Shown in pieces: positions 1-13,165 of a stretch of DNA of 64,000 nt. This DNA comes from Mobula birostris (Eukaryota), in contig NC_092374.1 in the NCBI RefSeq assembly GCF_030028105.1, positions 176,662,057 to 176,726,056 of the forward strand, given 5' to 3'. Below the pieces are notes generated by a model that saw nothing but the letters and a program-made list of their open reading frames with translations, made no database searches and was not told the origin of the DNA. Every line of letters begins with the position of its first letter. Position 1 is the first letter of the stretch. Both the position numbers and the translations under genes were made by a program.

Positions 1-350
1 TAACCCACTATAACAATAAGATGGAGGGTTGAGTAATCCTGTTTGGTGATAGATAGGAAATCCTGAGGCTGATGGAATTATGGCCGGGTGGAGCCAAGTG
101 GAGGAGAGAAAGTTGGAGTATGAAGGTTAAGGTCATTTGGTAATATGTGGAAACAAATGAAGAAGGTAGACTGAATCTCCACATAGGGAAAGGGAGTGGA
201 ACGGTTGAGCTGAAGGCTGATAAGTGACTGACGGAACCAAGTACGCAGGGAATGGCAGACAGTCCAACTCATTGAGGCATTTTGCCGAGTGTTGGTGACA
301 AGGAGGGCTTGTGAACTAAAGCAGCGAGAACCCTTGTAGAATACTGGAGT
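1..350 (-). mobile_element. Old Penelope-like retroelement fragment (region upstream of RT), decayed
   Basis: Pyrimidine-rich minus strand resembles, from memory, the N-terminal part of the chondrichthyan Penelope-like element family also seen at 22.3-23.1 kb. No intact motif. Confidence 0.35.
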
Positions 351-1329
351 CAGGTGAAAACTGCGAGGAGTTGGAAATTCTGAAATTGATAAACTCCATT
401 CAACTGGACGAGATGTGAAAATTGACCGTCTGTTGTGAAAATACTCCTGACTCCCAAATTCGTAAGGACAATTCAGACGATGGAACTTCCAAATTGCTCT
501 CAGAATAAAGAAATTTTACTTTCAATACAGCTGATATCCTATGACTGTCCTTCTGTCCACTGAGTAGGGTCAATTGAAAAACAAGAAGAAAAATTCTTGT
601 TGTCCCTAATTAATTCAGTGCAAATGATACATCCAACCAGGTGAGTTCTTTGAGAGTTTCAGCATTTGGCTATCATACCTTCACTAAAAGTTGCTGGTAC
701 CAGACTCATGATTCCGGATCAGTAAATGCAAGATATCCGTCGTACATGGATTCAGAAAGGAAGTGTTCCGGGCAGAGCACATTAGTTCCAGGGCTTCTTC
801 CGTAATGTCTACTCAATTCTAAGTAGGGTGTTTTCAAATTTCAGTCTTTGGACCTTACTGCTTGGTTAGATATGCCAGTGGCAAATTATAAGTCATGCTT
901 GATCACAACAAAAGATCATTGGTATTTTTATTGGTTATGTTTCTGCTGTAGCTGGTTTTGAATGTCGAAAAATAGACGTTCGTGATGAATTTGTTTAACC
1001 GTTTGCGCGATATGTTCTTTCATTTTCGCATTGGGTTTTTAAAGTTTCTTTTAATGGGTTCAATGTCGTTTCTTTTTGTTTTCCCAAAGCTGTCTTTGGG
1101 AAGACGAATCTCCATGTTGCATACTGCATACATTACGCCAATATTCAGAGTCTTAAACAGTTCTTCGAGGTGAGTCACTACTTCACTTCTGAATCCATTA
1201 GTTCCATGTATTAAAACTTCTGTTCCAAATCGGACTCCTTTGCATCGGTGAGACTCGACGTATAACGGGGTATCACTTTGTTCTACCGCCACAAGTGCTA
1301 AGATCTCCAGATGGGACTATATTTTACAA

Positions 1330-1537
1330 ATATACAGCACATTACAACCTCTCCGGCCTATAATGGTGTGCCGAATATGTAACCTACTCTAGGAACTTTC
1401 TAGAATTACGCTAGAGCATATCCCTCTATATTTCTAAGCTCCATGTACGTATCTAAGAGTCTCTAAACAGACCCTATTGTATCCGCCTACATCACCTTCA
1501 CCAGCAGTACATTTCACGCACCCGCCATTCTCTGTGT
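1330..1537 (-). mobile_element. CR1 LINE 3' end fragment, truncating the GPCR pseudogene
   Basis: Matches the CR1 3' region (ccctctatattttctaagctccatgtac...cacgcacccgccattctctgtgtg) also present at 12.6-12.8 kb in the opposite orientation. Confidence 0.7.
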
Positions 1538-1545
1538 GCAAAACT

Positions 1546-2097
1546 ACCCGTGGCATACTCTCTGTATTGTCAATGCATTTAGCAAGAGGATCAACAAAAA
1601 TAGTTGAAATGGTGTCAATATGGTATCTAACCATAAGAATACAACTCAAGAAGGTAAAGTATAGAAGCTGGGTTCTGCAACACAGAGGCATGGCAAGTTC
1701 CTATTTTTTTCTTATTCTAATGTAGAGAGTATACTGGAGAATTTTCCAAAGAACAAATGAAACAAACTGCTAATATAACCATTCTTGCATTCTTTTTTTT
1801 TCAGTGCAGTATTTTGTTCGTAAAGACTTGCAACAAATTACGACAAATCTAACAAAAGTAAATGCGACAGTTATCCAGACGGAAGTCAATGGAAATACAA
1901 ATCAAGGTCAGATTCAATTTGCAAACAAGTGTGTAATTGTGAAATGAACGTGCAAAACTAAAACACTTATTATCCGATAAATTATTCAGCTATCAAATGC
2001 ATTATATTAGCTGAAGCAGTCCATCCTAGATATTTGTTTATACACCTGGAGAGACCACACTTTCCAGTTGATAATGCTGAGATTGCCGTGGTATTAG
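1546..2097 (-). pseudogene. GPR139-like GPCR pseudogene psi1, exon 2 (TM1 end to TM5), frameshifted and 3' truncated
   Basis: Acceptor ctacag|ctaat at 2098/2097. Frame-hopping translation gives ANTTAISALSTGKCGLSRCINKYL, WITVAFTFVRFVVICCKSLRTKYCTEK (DRF to VRF) and SFYTLPS*VVFLWLDTILTPFQLFLLILLLNALTI, collinear with the intact gene at 7085-7977. Contains stops and frameshifts. Confidence 0.9.
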
Positions 2098-2194
2098 CTG
2101 TAGCCGTAGAGAAAAATGACAAAAATGATGTTACTTTGCAATGACAAAGAAATAAATTGCATTTCAATTACAACGTTTTCGCTTCATTATGGGT

Positions 2195-5100
2195 GAACGC
2201 CGAGAGAGGTGAAGGGAGCAGGAATTCAGTGCAGGGTCCCCTCAACAAAACGTATACCCTTTTGGATACTGCTGTGGGGGATAATCTATCTGGGCAAGGC
2301 AGAGGCAGCCAGACCAATAGAACTGCGGTTGGCTCTGAGCCTCGGAAGGGAAGGGTGAATTCCGGTGGAGCAATAGTCATAGGGGACTCAAAAGCTAGTG
2401 GGCATATAGAAGATTTTGCGTCAGCAAAAGAGACATCAGGAAAGTGTGTTATCTCCTGAATGCTCGGGTCCTGAATGTTTCTGAGCGGTTATGAGAAAGC
2501 GGAATGAAGATCGTTGATCTATACATAGAACTATGATGTTGCGGCCATGACAGATACTTGGATGCTCAGGGGCAGGAATGGCTGCTGAGTGTGCCAGGCT
2601 TCACATGTTTCCAAAACGACAGGGAAGAAGGCAAAAAAAGTGTGCGAGTTGCACTGGAAGTGAGGGATAGAATCACGGCTGCAGAAAAGGAGGAAGTCAT
2701 GGAGGGATTGACAGAAACAGGAAGTGGGCATTAACTCTACGGGGTGTTTTTATAGCACCCCTCCCCAATTGTAACACAGATATCATGGAGCAGATAGGGG
2801 GCAGATTCTGGAACTGTGCAATAATAATAGAGTTGTTGCAATGGGTGATTTAAACTTTCCTAATACTGAATGGCATCTCCTTAGAGCAAGGGGTTTCGTT
2901 AGAGTGGAGTTTGTTAGGTTTGTTCAGGAAGGCTTTCTGACGCATTTTGTAGATAGACAAACGAGAGGAGAGGCTGTACACGATCTGGTATTGGAAAACG
3001 AACCTGGCCAGGTGTCAGATCTCTCGGTGGGAGAGATTTTTGGAAGTAATGATCACAATTCAATCTCCTTTACCTTAGCATTGGAGAAAGACAGGAGCAG
3101 AAATGTTGGGAAACACTTACTTGGGGTCACAGGAAACATGATTAGGTAGGAACTTCGGAACATAAATTGGGAGCAGATGCTCTCAGCGAAATGCACAGCA
3201 GAAATGTGGCAAACGTTCAGGAGGACATTTGCATGATGTTCCGCATAAGTATATTCTAAAAACGAAGAAATACACAAATGGAAAAAAAATAGTACAACCG
3301 TGGCTGTCAAGGGAACTCCAAGCTAATGTAAAAGTAAAAGTGAGGGCATACAACAAAACAAAAACTAGCGGGAAGATGGAGGATTAGGAAGCTTTTAAAA
3401 ACCTATAGACAGCAATTAAAAGAATCATTAGGAGGGAAAAAATGAAATATGAAAGGAAACTAGCAAAACGTATCAAAGTGGATAGTAAAATTTTTCAAAT
3501 ATGTAAAGAAAAAGAGAGGTGAGAGTAGATAAATAGCAACGGGGGACGAGGAAATGACAGGTGCACTAAATGAGTATTTTGCATCAGTTTTCACTGTACG
3601 AGACACTAGAAATGTGCCAGATGTTATACTGCATGAAGGAAGAGAAGTGAGTGCAGTTACTATTATAAGGTGGTGGGTGCTCAAAAAACTGAAAGACTTC
3701 AACGTACTTAAGACATCCGAACCAGATAAAATGCACCCTAGGGTTCTGAAAGAGGTAGCGGTTGAGATCGTGGAGGTATTAGCAATTATCTTTCTAAAAT
3801 CATTCGACTCCAGCCTGGTCACTCCACTCTTTAATAAAGAAGGAAGGCAGCAGAAAGGAAATTATAGACCAGTTAGCCTGATGCAGTGTTTGGGAAGGTG
3901 TTGGAATGAGGTTATGGAGTACTTGGAGACACAGGACAAGATAGTACAAAGGCAGCATTGTTTCCACCAGTGAAAATCCTGCCTGATGAACCTGTTGGAA
4001 TTCTTTAAGGAGATCCCACATAGAACAGATAAAGGGGATATAGTGGATGTTGTATATGTGGACTTTCAGAAGGTTATTGACAAGGTGCCACACGTGAGGT
4101 TGTTTACCATGTTAAGAGCCTATGATATTAAAGGAAAGTCGCTGGCATGGTTAAAGCATTGGATAATTAGGCGGAGCCAGCAAGTCGGAATAAACATATC
4201 CTTTTCTGGCTGGCTGACAGTAACTAGTGGTGTTTCACAGGGGTCTGGGTTGGGAACGTTTTTTTATGCGTAACATCAATGATTTAGACAATGGAATAGA
4301 TGGCTTTGTTGCCAGTTTTGCAGATGTTACGAAGACTGATGGAGGAGCAGATATTGTTGATCACACAGGAAGGCTGCAGAAAGACTTTGAAAGATGAGGA
4401 AAATGGGCAGGCATGTTGCAAATGAAATGTAATGTTTTAAAATGCATGACCATGCTCTTTGGAGGAGAATTAAATGTGCAGTCTATTTTCACAACGGAGA
4501 AAACATCCAAAAATCTGAGGTGCAGAGGGGTTGGTGGGTCCTTGTCTAGAACACCCTAAAGGTAAATTGCACGTTGAGTCGGTGGTAAGGAAAGCATATG
4601 CATTGTTAGCATTCCTTTCAAGAGGTCTTGAATGGAAGAGCAGGGGTGTGATGTTCAGGCTCTATAAGACACAGGTGAAGCCGCACGGTGAGTATTGTGA
4701 ACAGTGTTGGGCTCCTCAGCTGAGAAAAAAATGTGCCGGCATTGGAGAGTTTTCGGAGGTGGTTTCGAAGGATGATTCCGGGAATAAAAGTGTTATTATA
4801 CGAGGAATGCTCGATGGCTCTGGGTCTGTACTCGCTGCAATTTAGAAGGATGATGGACGATGTCATTGAAACCTTTCGAATGTAAAACGGCCTAGACACA
4901 ATAGATGAGAAAAGGATGTTTTCCATGGTGGGGTGTCTAGGACAAGAGGACACATCCTCAGGATAAAGAGCTGTCCATTTAAAAGAGAGGTGTGGAGAAT
5001 TTCATTAGCCAGAGGCTAGTGAATTTGTGGAAATGTGTTAGCAGAGGCAGCTGTGGTGGCCAGATCGTTGGGTATATTTAAGACAGAGATTGTTTGGTTC

Positions 5101-5260
5101 TTGATTTGACATGGTATCAAAGGTTACGGGGGGAAGTCTGTGGAATGGCATTGAGGAGGGGAAACGGACCAGCTATGCTGGAATAGCGGAGTAGATTCGA
5201 TGGGTCCAATGGCCTAATTCTGTTCCTACGTCTGATGGAATTATGGTCTTATTGTCTTTA
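2195..5260 (+). mobile_element. CR1 LINE, decayed (ORF1 esterase remnant, APE endonuclease, RT, 3' tail), in the psi1 intron
   Basis: AIVIGDS esterase motif; MGDLNFP and GSNDHN endonuclease motifs; GNYRPVSL, VYVDFQKVIDKVPH and SGVSQGS RT motifs; ttatggtcttat tail. Confidence 0.9.
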
Positions 5261-5754
5261 TTTTGCTGAAGTTACATACAATATTAAAGTGAAGGTAGTC
5301 CACCACTACATATGTCAAGATGAGGAAGAGTGCACAAAACACCTTAAGCATGCACCGTGTGTCATTTATCATGCATGCTAGATACTGAGTTTACAAGGGT
5401 GTCGATTCTTTCCCAACCACTCTAAACACATCTTATTATGTGTTTGGATGTGTTTGGAGATAATCCCACTCGCCTACGTTTGACTAACTTCTGAAGCTAT
5501 CTTTAAAAATTAATTCATTCATGTTTTTCTTTCTTTTAATAAAATACAAAGTCAGCCCACACCTGTAGCAGACATAAACTACATATTGCATGATCAATAG
5601 CATAAAATGTGTTTTCAACAGGATGTCTTAATTACCAATGTACCAGAACTTTAATGTGAAACATTTTTCAGCTGTTTTCGTTGTTAGTTACTTAGATCAA
5701 CGACTCAACAAATACAAATATATATTATACAGATTGCATACAAGACTGGCTCAC

Positions 5755-5830
5755 CAGGAACACCGATTATTCCTGTTAAGGATAGGATAGTAAATGAGTG
5801 ATAGCATTAACTTTACAGGGCGTTCTACAT
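5755..5830 (-). pseudogene. GPR139-like pseudogene psi1, exon 1
   Basis: ATG at 5830; reads ...IYYPIL then, after a frameshift, IIGVP-G|gtgagc (donor at 5754). In-frame stop at codon 2. Same architecture as exon 1 of the intact genes. Confidence 0.8.
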
Positions 5831-7084
5831 TAGGGGCCAATTTTCGTTTCTGCTGCTTTAAGAGGTAAGGAAACCTATTGTTTTTATATTTACCCTTTAT
5901 TTATGTTCGGTTGAAAAATCCAGGGTGTCATGAGAACAGAGCTATAATTAGAAATATCCTGTGTCGTTGTTCCTCCGGAAAATAAAACGAGCTTTGTTTA
6001 CTGTCACTGATCCTGGCTATATTGAATCATTATGTTATCAATATTTTAATCTGGATTCCTCAGAAAATAGAATGGGTTAGGAGGTATCAATTACTCGTCA
6101 TACTTTCATTAAGTACAACAAATATGCTATTTCTTTTGGTTAAGTTCACTAAATAATAATTAATGTGCTCTTTCATCAGAAGAAATATAAATTACATTAT
6201 TATTGAAAATATATTCAAATACAGAGAAAGCAACATGCAATTCCACCAATTGCCCCTGGTGATTTACCAGTAAATTTGTGAGCTAAGAATATACAATAAT
6301 TAAATAAACAATCTAGTTCTATGCCTGGTATTCACATTAGAATCACCTATTTAATGTGAAGGTAATGCAAATTCTGAATTACTTCCAAAAGTGCAGAATG
6401 AGTTTTCAAATGCTCCATTTCTATGCCCATTATTTCCACTGTCTTCAACTGCATCGCCACCAGAAGCAAGTCTGAAATTAGCCAAACGTGATTTTAAGGT
6501 ATGCACTTCCGTTCAATCTGACATTGATAGTAGGTCATTAAACAAAATTATATCCGGTAAATTCCATCTTGCAGTTTTATCGAAGATTGCCAAGCCATAT
6601 AATCAGCCGTCTCTTGATTCTTTAACTATTTTTTTAATATACAATCCAATATGATTGACATTGCAAATATTTCAAGCTCTCGTCTTGTATTCTAGGCAAG
6701 TACTACATGTTAGTGAAACTCTCTTGGTCTCCGCCTTATATAAACCAAAGCATAGAACAGAAGTTCATTCTGGCATCATTGTTTGCAGTGACAAATGGGA
6801 GAATTTTCCCTGTAAAATTTAATGGGGTTAAGATTATGGCTGGTAATTAAAATGATGTAGTTTATGTAAACTCAGCAAATTCCCGAATGTCGCTTATATT
6901 TTGGCAGGATTTTTTTATAATATCATTTTAACAACACATCCCTCCGATATTTCTTAACACGGAATTCACTCAGTTGATACCTACTGAACATATAGGTCCG
7001 TGTAGCTTCATTAACGACTAAACAATTCATTTTTGCATGAGGATAATTCTCTTGAACTTATCAAATCGCAATTACTTCAATAAT

Positions 7085-7977
7085 TTAGAAAAAAAACACA
7101 AGAGGACTTTTCATTATCTTCTTCATTTCTTCCCTGAAGTTCTTTTGAGAGGCAGCGTAAATAAAGGTGTTGGTGCAAGTACTTAGGAATCGTAACTGGA
7201 AACCAGTTTCTTCTGCAATGGTGAATGGGTCATCGTAATCATATTTCATAAGTTTGTTATCGGTAAAATTAACTGAGATAAAGCAGGCAAAATTTACCAT
7301 CCATAACAGAATGAAGCTACTAGATATTGTGAGAAGTAAAATGACTGATTTCCTTCGGTTTTCCGTCTCTTGATCCATCTGGTTCTTCTCACTTTCGTTT
7401 CCTCGCAGTTTACTTCTGATTCTGTTAGCTCGCATAATGTGCTTTATCGTTAATGCGTTGAACAGAAGGATCAAAACAAATGGCAGAAAAGGAGTTAATA
7501 TTGTCTCCAACCATAAAAAAGCAGCCCAAATAGGTAAGGTATAGAAGGATGATTTTACAATACAGAACCATGATACATTGTCAATTATATCCCGAGGTTC
7601 TAGTAAGAAGTAGACTGGTATATTTTCTATAAAACATAGGAAGGAAACAACTGTTATAACCTTTGTTGCATTTTGTTCTGTGCAATAATTTGTTCGCAAT
7701 GACTGGTAACAAATCGCAACATATCGATCAAACGTAAAAGCTACAGTTAGCCAAACCGACAAATCAATAGCAACATAAATTAGGGCCAGATTAAGACGGC
7801 AAATAGGTGTGTAACTGAGGAATGAGTGTGGAAAAAATGCGTCTTTAATCTCGTAAAATACTGCGCCAAATATGAGATGCGTCAGGTCTCCTACAGCCAT
7901 CCACACCAAATAACGGGTAATGCATCTAGAGAGACCACACCTTCCAGTGGACAGAATAGCGATTGTTAGCACATTAG
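7085..7977 (-). CDS. GPR139/142-like orphan class A GPCR gene 1, exon 2 (of 2; spliced protein 320 aa)
   Basis: Acceptor ttttactgttcacag|CT at 7978/7977, phase 1. Open frame with TM1 end through TM7, GRCGLS in ICL1, TFDRY, Cys in YTPIC and WFC, CTNTFIY in TM7. Stop at 7085. Confidence 0.93.
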
Positions 7978-9275
7978 CTGTGAACAGTAAAAATGGAAAA
8001 AGTATTAAAACGCGTGTAACACCGAAAGGAGTAGAAATATTTTTTTTTCCATTCTTTCGCAACTTGGATTTATTCAACTGTTTCTTTATCCATAGCTCTC
8101 CAAATATATCGAATTAGTTATGACTTCAATAATATGTTTTGAAATGCGCCTTATTGCTCTGAATTTCTACGCAAGATAAGTGAAGTTAGAAAAGGCTACC
8201 TGAGACAGCAACCAGAAGAATGATACAGATGTGTGAAAAAAGTGTTAAATTCATACAATGTTACCGAAAATACAAGAACGACGTCTCCCATTGCAAAGAA
8301 AAACTGGTAGCCTTTTGAGAAAATTCCACAAAAGTGTACAAAAAATTCACATGGATGAGAAAATAACAGCCATGTGATCTGCATAAAATATTAATTATGT
8401 TGTTGCGTATTTTGATATTTCTCTTTCCTTCAAAATTTGAACACGTAGCAGTACTTCTGACACTGATACTTCAATAGTTCTACTGACAATAATTATAAGT
8501 CGAGATTCCAGAATGACGATATAGAACAGGTGATGTAAATGATATCTCTACATTCACAACAGTGAAGCCCCAGTGCCTTGCACTGAAATTGAAGTTTCTT
8601 ATCGATGTCTATCTACCCAGAACATATATCTACGCAAACTCAGCCGCATCTTTACATTAAAGAAGAAGTAAAACCATCACATATCAGTGAAGACATATGT
8701 ACTTTTATTCGTGGACTTAAGTACAGTGTTATAGGAAATAAAATATTTTACTATTGAATTATCATTGAAAGGGTAATTTATGGTTTTCTATCTCCTTTTG
8801 CTCGTTACAACAACGACTGGAAAAGTAGTAAGTTAGGGAACTGAGTTTCGTTCCGGCGCTGGTACCTGCCTGGTCATTCATGCAACTCACATCTAATCGA
8901 CTCTGCTGTAACCGTAGCGGAAGTATGATACTGACAATTAGTAAGAAAAGTGTCGCACTATGTTTTATTTCATTCAGCTGTATGCGCATAAAAAAGCACA
9001 AAGTACCAATTCACATGTTTTAGTATTACCTCGAGTTTATCCAAACAATTGTGATGTGATTGCTCAATGACATGCAAATACAACCAGGAATTAAAATTAT
9101 AATCGATTGCACTTACTTCAAATATAATTTTTTTTTCTTTTGGTTGATTGTAGCAGTACTGTATTTGCACAATCATCTTGACAGTCGCTTGAAATTGTTA
9201 ATATGTGTACGCTGCTGCAATGGCAAGTCAAACAAGAAAGCTTACATAGGTATTACGATCCTATAAGTGACTTAC

Positions 9276-9345
9276 CAGGAACGCCAATCATTATGAGAAT
9301 AGGATAATAAATCCGTTCTATCAGTAAATGTGCATAGAGTCCCAT
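9276..9345 (-). CDS. GPR139/142-like GPCR gene 1, exon 1 (70 nt)
   Basis: MGLYAHLLIERIYYPILIMIGVP-G|gtaagt. Phase 1 joins exon 2 in frame (70+893 = 963 nt). Confidence 0.88.
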
Positions 9346-10234
9346 GATAAGAGAGATGCTACCTTGTGAATGGTCCGATAGCAATTTCCTGCTTTGACGT
9401 TTGCGTCTTACTTGTATCTCTAGGAAATCTCTAGGGTAAAACGTCGATTTTTTTTTGTTATTATCCAGTCCCATGATTGCATGATTACGGCGTGTTTTGC
9501 CTATTGCCAATGATTATGACCGTTGCACTAATGTGTTAAAATGAACGTCTCAGTAATTAGTACGCAAGATCGGAGGTTTTGTAATTATGGTATGTTCCGT
9601 TCAAATGTGATTTATGGGCGAATTGGCTCTGTGTTGAATATGCTGGATTCTATTCCCGTTTATCAGATGAAAAAGACTGGTACTTGCAGATGCGTGTGAG
9701 ATCAATACAAGTTCGCAACACACAGCAGAAATTCTGATACTATTCAAGAACAAAATGTCTTGATGACTTGCTAAGAACATTGAAACAAACCAAATACATT
9801 ATCGTTTGTAAATACATTGTTTCTGAACCACGGTGTCCACTGGGAATCGTCAGTTAAAGCAAATTAAGCATAATAAATATTAGTGTAGAAGATTTGGAAA
9901 GAGTTCAGTTATGCTTAAAACAATGTATGTTAACCTATATGTCGCATACCAGATTGGAACCACGGAATAGACGTGTGAACCGTTTCAATTTACAGAACCG
10001 ATTACGGATCGTGAAGACCCATGTTTAATTCCATCACTATCAAACACCAAGCGTCAGCCATCGAACTAATGTATGAAACGCTGCAAAAATCAAAGATTCT
10101 ATTACTGCGATGGTTCGGTACCTTACCAAAGTAATGCTGTGCCGCAATTGGCCAATATTTTGCTTTTTATACTACAGAATGTATTCTTATGAATTCTATA
10201 AAAATGTCAAAGCGTAAAGTAAAAGTTATCGTCA

Positions 10235-10905
10235 GAGTACATATGATTCTGAGATTCTTTATTTCTGCGGGCATACTTAACTAATCGATAGAACAGTAAC
10301 TGTAACCAGGATCAATAAAAGAGAAACTGCGCAAATGCGAATATAAATAAATAGCAATAGGTAAAAGGATCAAATAACGTGAAATGAAATCGCATGAAAT
10401 ATGAAGATATAGAGTCTTTAAAGTGAGATCTCCGGTTGTGGGAACACCAGAAATAGACAAATTGTAGATATTCCCTTTTGGTCAAGAGCATGGTAGCTGA
10501 AGGGTTGTAACTGTTTTTGAACATTGTGATGCGATTCCTGAAGCACTTGTACATTTTACCTGATGGCAGCAGAGCGAAAAGCGCATAGTCTGGATGTTGT
10601 GGATCTTTCAAGGTGGATGTTGACGTTCTACGGCAACGTTCCATGCAGATCCGCTCCGTGGTTGGGAGTGTTTGACACACGATGTACCGGGCCGAATGCA
10701 GTACCCTTAGTGGGATTTTCCTCTTCAAGGCGTCGGTGTTCTTATACCAGATTATACTACAGCCAGTCAACACAATTTCAATCACATTTCTGCAGAGGTT
10801 TGCCAAGGTTTTCCTTGACATGCCGAATCTCTGCAGACTCCTAAAGAAGTGGCGGCGCTGACGTGCTTCCTTTGTAATTATATGTAAGAAACACTCTCGT
10901 TCTGT
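10235..10905 (-). mobile_element. Rex1/Babar-type LINE 3' fragment
   Basis: RT C-terminus RQRRHFFRSLQRFGMSRKTLANL...LTGCSIIWY...HPDYALFALLPSGKMY in ORF 10312-10974. Confidence 0.8.
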
Positions 10906-11485
10906 TCTTTCCATAACTCTGAGGAAGTCAATCTCTGGCTCAACCAAATGTGTAAGGTGGAGATGCGAGCCCACCCCAAAACTCCTGCGTGATTTGTTAC
11001 CCTATTACCAATCTGTACCACGAAATTAGATAGATAGATAGATAGAAATCTGATTTGTTACCCTATTACCAATCAGTACCACGAAATTACAGACAGTACA
11101 CCACATACAATTAAACGATTTAGCCTTATAATTCTAATTTGACTACAGGATTAATGAAGAAAAAGCAAAAAAGATAAGGGCCCATTTTAATGATGCAGTC
11201 TAACGTGCACAAGTTGGAGCTCACGGTTTCCCATTCGCCGACCCTCTTCCGATCTCCCCAGCCTTTGTCAGATCATTGCTCCGCTTCAGTTCGAGTCCGA
11301 CAGCTTGTTCTCTCCGGCGTCTTCTCTCTTCATCTCCCGCCCAACAAAAGACCCAGGTCACCCCGGTGTCAGGAACACGGCACGAAAGCACACTTCCGTC
11401 ATTGGACGGCTCACATTCCAAGGTACCCGTTATCTATAACCGTAACGTAAACACTGCTTCTACAGAAAAAGCATTAAATTAGCAG
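10905..11485 (-). mobile_element. Solo LTR, family A (Gypsy-type), partial
   Basis: Shares gcgagcccacccc, acagacagtacacc and gtgcacaagttggagctc blocks with the LTRs at 42200-42834 and 44247-44894. Confidence 0.75.
10990..11089. repeat. 39-bp direct duplication flanking a (GATA)n insert
   Basis: 10990-11028 and 11051-11089 match at 38/39 positions, around gatagatagatagatagaaatc. Confidence 0.9.
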
Positions 11486-12830
11486 TGCAAAGGTCGGTAA
11501 GTTGATGGAGAGGATCCTGAGAGGCAGGAATTATGAACATTTGGAAAGGCATAATATGATTAGGAATAGTCAGCATGGCTTTATCAAAGGCAGGTCGTGC
11601 CTTACGAACCTGATTAAATTTTTTGAGGATGCGTCTAAACACATTGATGAAGGTAGAGCAGTAGATGTAGTGTATGTGGACTTTAGCAAGGCATTTGATA
11701 AGGTACTCCATGCAAGGCCTATTGAGTAAGTAAGGAGGCATGGGATCTAAGGGGACATTCGTTTGTGGATATAGAATTGGCTTGGCCACAGAAGGCAAAT
11801 AGTGGTTGTACACGGGTCGTATTCTGCTGGAGTTTGGTGACCAGTGGTGTACCTCGGGGATCTGTTCTCGGACCCCTTCTCTTGATTTTTATAAATGACC
11901 TAGATGAGGAAGTTCAGGGATGAGTTAGTAAATTTGCTGATGACACAAAGTTTGGGGGTGCTGTGGATAGTGTGGAGGGCTGTCAGAGGTTACAGCAGGG
12001 CATTGATATGATGCAAAACTGAGCGGAGAAGTGGCAGATGGAGTTCAACCAAGATAAGTGTGAAGTGATGCATTTTGGTAGGTCAAATATATTGGCAGAA
12101 TATAGTATTAATGGTAAGACTCTTTGCAGTGTGGAGTATCAGAGGCATCTTGTGGTCTGAGTCCATAGGACACTCAAAGGTGCTGCGCAGGTTGACTGTG
12201 TGGTTAAGAAAGTAAACGGTGCATTGCCCTTCATCAATCGTGCGATTGAATTGAGAAACGAAGAGGTAATATTGCAGATATATAGGTCCCTGGTCAGACC
12301 CTACTTGGAGTACTGTGCTCATTTCTGGTCGCCTCACTACAGCAAGGACATGGAAACCACAGAAAAGGTGCAGAGGAGATTTACAAGAACGTTGCCTGGA
12401 TTGGGGAGCATGCCTTATGAGAATGGGTTGGGTGAATGAAGGATGAGAGGTGAGCTGAAAGAGGTGTATACAATGATGAGAGGCATTGATCGTGTGGATC
12501 GTCAGAGGTTTTTTTCCCAGGGCTGAAATGGATAGCACGAGAGGGTACAGTTTTAAGTTGTTTGGAAGTAGGAACACAGGAGAGGTCAGGGGTAAGTTTA
12601 TTTTTTACGCATTAGAGAGCGGTGAGTGCGTGGAATGGGCTGCCGGCGATGGTGCTGGACATGGATAAGATATAGTCTTTTAAGAAACTCCTGGATAGGT
12701 ACATGGAGCTTAGAAAAATAGAGGACAATGATAACCCTAGGTAATTTCTAAGGTAAGAACATGTTATGCACAGCGTTGTGGGCAGAAGGGCGTATATTGT
12801 GCTGTAGATTTTCTATGTTTCTAAGTTTCT
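11485..12830 (+). mobile_element. CR1 LINE RT to 3' end fragment
   Basis: SQHGFIKGRSCLTNLIKFF, YVDFSKAFDKV, SLVRPYLEYC motifs; ttctatg tail. Confidence 0.9.
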
Positions 12831-12849
12831 ATGAAAACTTTCCCAGGAT

Positions 12850-13165
12850 GTTACGTGTATATAATGGGCCACGACAGGTCCTCTGAGACAATAATACCTA
12901 GGAATTTATAATTACGAACATTTTCTACCTCTGATCCTTCGATGAGTACTGATTCATTGATCTTTGATTTTCCTCTACTAAAGTCTACAATCAGTTTCTT
13001 GGTGTTATTGACAAGGTGAAAGTTTGTTACTACACCACTCCACCAAATTTTCAATCTCCCTACTTTATGAAGATTCATCATCACCTTTAATATGGTCCAC
13101 ATAATATTGTCAGGAAACGTGTATATGGAGTTGGAGCAGTACATAGCCACGCAGTCATGAGTGTG
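12850..13165 (-). mobile_element. Rex1/Babar-type LINE RT fragment
   Basis: NTKKLIVDFSRG...IEGSEVENVRNYKFLGIIVSEDLSW. Confidence 0.8.

Noticed and set aside
6540-6570. Peptide match IISGKFHLAV (ORF 6391-6654) versus IVSGQFHLAV (ORF 35246-35464, minus)
   Set aside because: DNA identity is only 18/30, there is no flanking extension, and the positions relative to the GPCR exons are not equivalent. About one such 8/10 match is expected by chance among all ORF residues.
7978-8077. N-terminal extensions given by the ORF track for the GPCRs (MNKSKL...; MAANL at 27138)
   Set aside because: Intronic read-through upstream of the splice acceptors. The true N-termini come from the 70-nt first exons.
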